Source: a virus
Virus genome (UHGV): UHGV-0037042
DNA: 38,839 nucleotides
Direction: 5' to 3' (one strand)
Shown: piece by piece, positions 38,763 through 38,839 of the stretch
Numbering within the stretch: the first letter of the stretch is position 1
Layout: every line of letters starts with the position of its first letter
The notes under the pieces: model-generated
Told to the model about the DNA's origin: nothing
The model's database searches: none
What the model saw: the letters and a program-made list of their open reading frames with translations, nothing else
Program-made: the position numbers and the translations under genes

Positions 38763-38839
38763 TATTGTTATCTCCTTAAAGTTAACCCATAGGAAGACTG
38801 AGGACTCCAACCTCTCGTCATCGCTCATTTCAAAGATGA

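Overview
This window reads as a complete T7-like (Autographiviridae, T7 supergroup) coliphage genome. It is given as the reverse complement, so every gene lies on the minus strand, and it is circularly permuted: position 38839 runs straight on into position 1 inside the φ9 promoter / gene 9 leader. Gene order and protein sequences follow T7 closely (0.3 ocr, 0.4, 0.7 kinase, 1 RNAP, 1.3 ligase, 2, 2.5 SSB, 3, 3.5, 4A/B, 5, 6, 7–19.5). About 17 phage-RNAP promoters (revcomp consensus TCTCCCTATAGTGAGTCGTATTA), the host promoters A1–A3, terminators TE and Tφ, and RNase III hairpins are all recognisable. The mature DNA ends map to an internal point: one copy of a ~146-bp terminal repeat at 20438–20583, flanked by the right-end unique sequence (20584–20822) and the left-end CCTAAAG repeats (20241–20437). 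So this is an assembly or concatemer-junction representation with the terminal redundancy collapsed.

Differences from T7, stated from memory of T7 (no tools or databases available):
- A 127-aa ORF with a strong RBS is inserted between tail fibre gene 17 and holin 17.5. The distal roughly half of gp17 is also non-T7. Together these look like an exchanged receptor-binding module with a companion (possibly chaperone-like) gene.
- A 66-aa Cys/His-containing early ORF lies between 0.4 and 0.5, flanked by two near-identical copies of the R0.5 RNase III hairpin.
- T7 genes 2.8, 3.8, 5.3 and 7.7 are missing. Gene 3 starts with GTG at the resulting junction.
- Gene 1.1 appears broken by two frameshifts.
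- The 0.6 and 1.8 regions are organised differently from T7.
- The gp10 N-terminus reads MANMTGGQQLG instead of the T7-tag MASMTGGQQMG.
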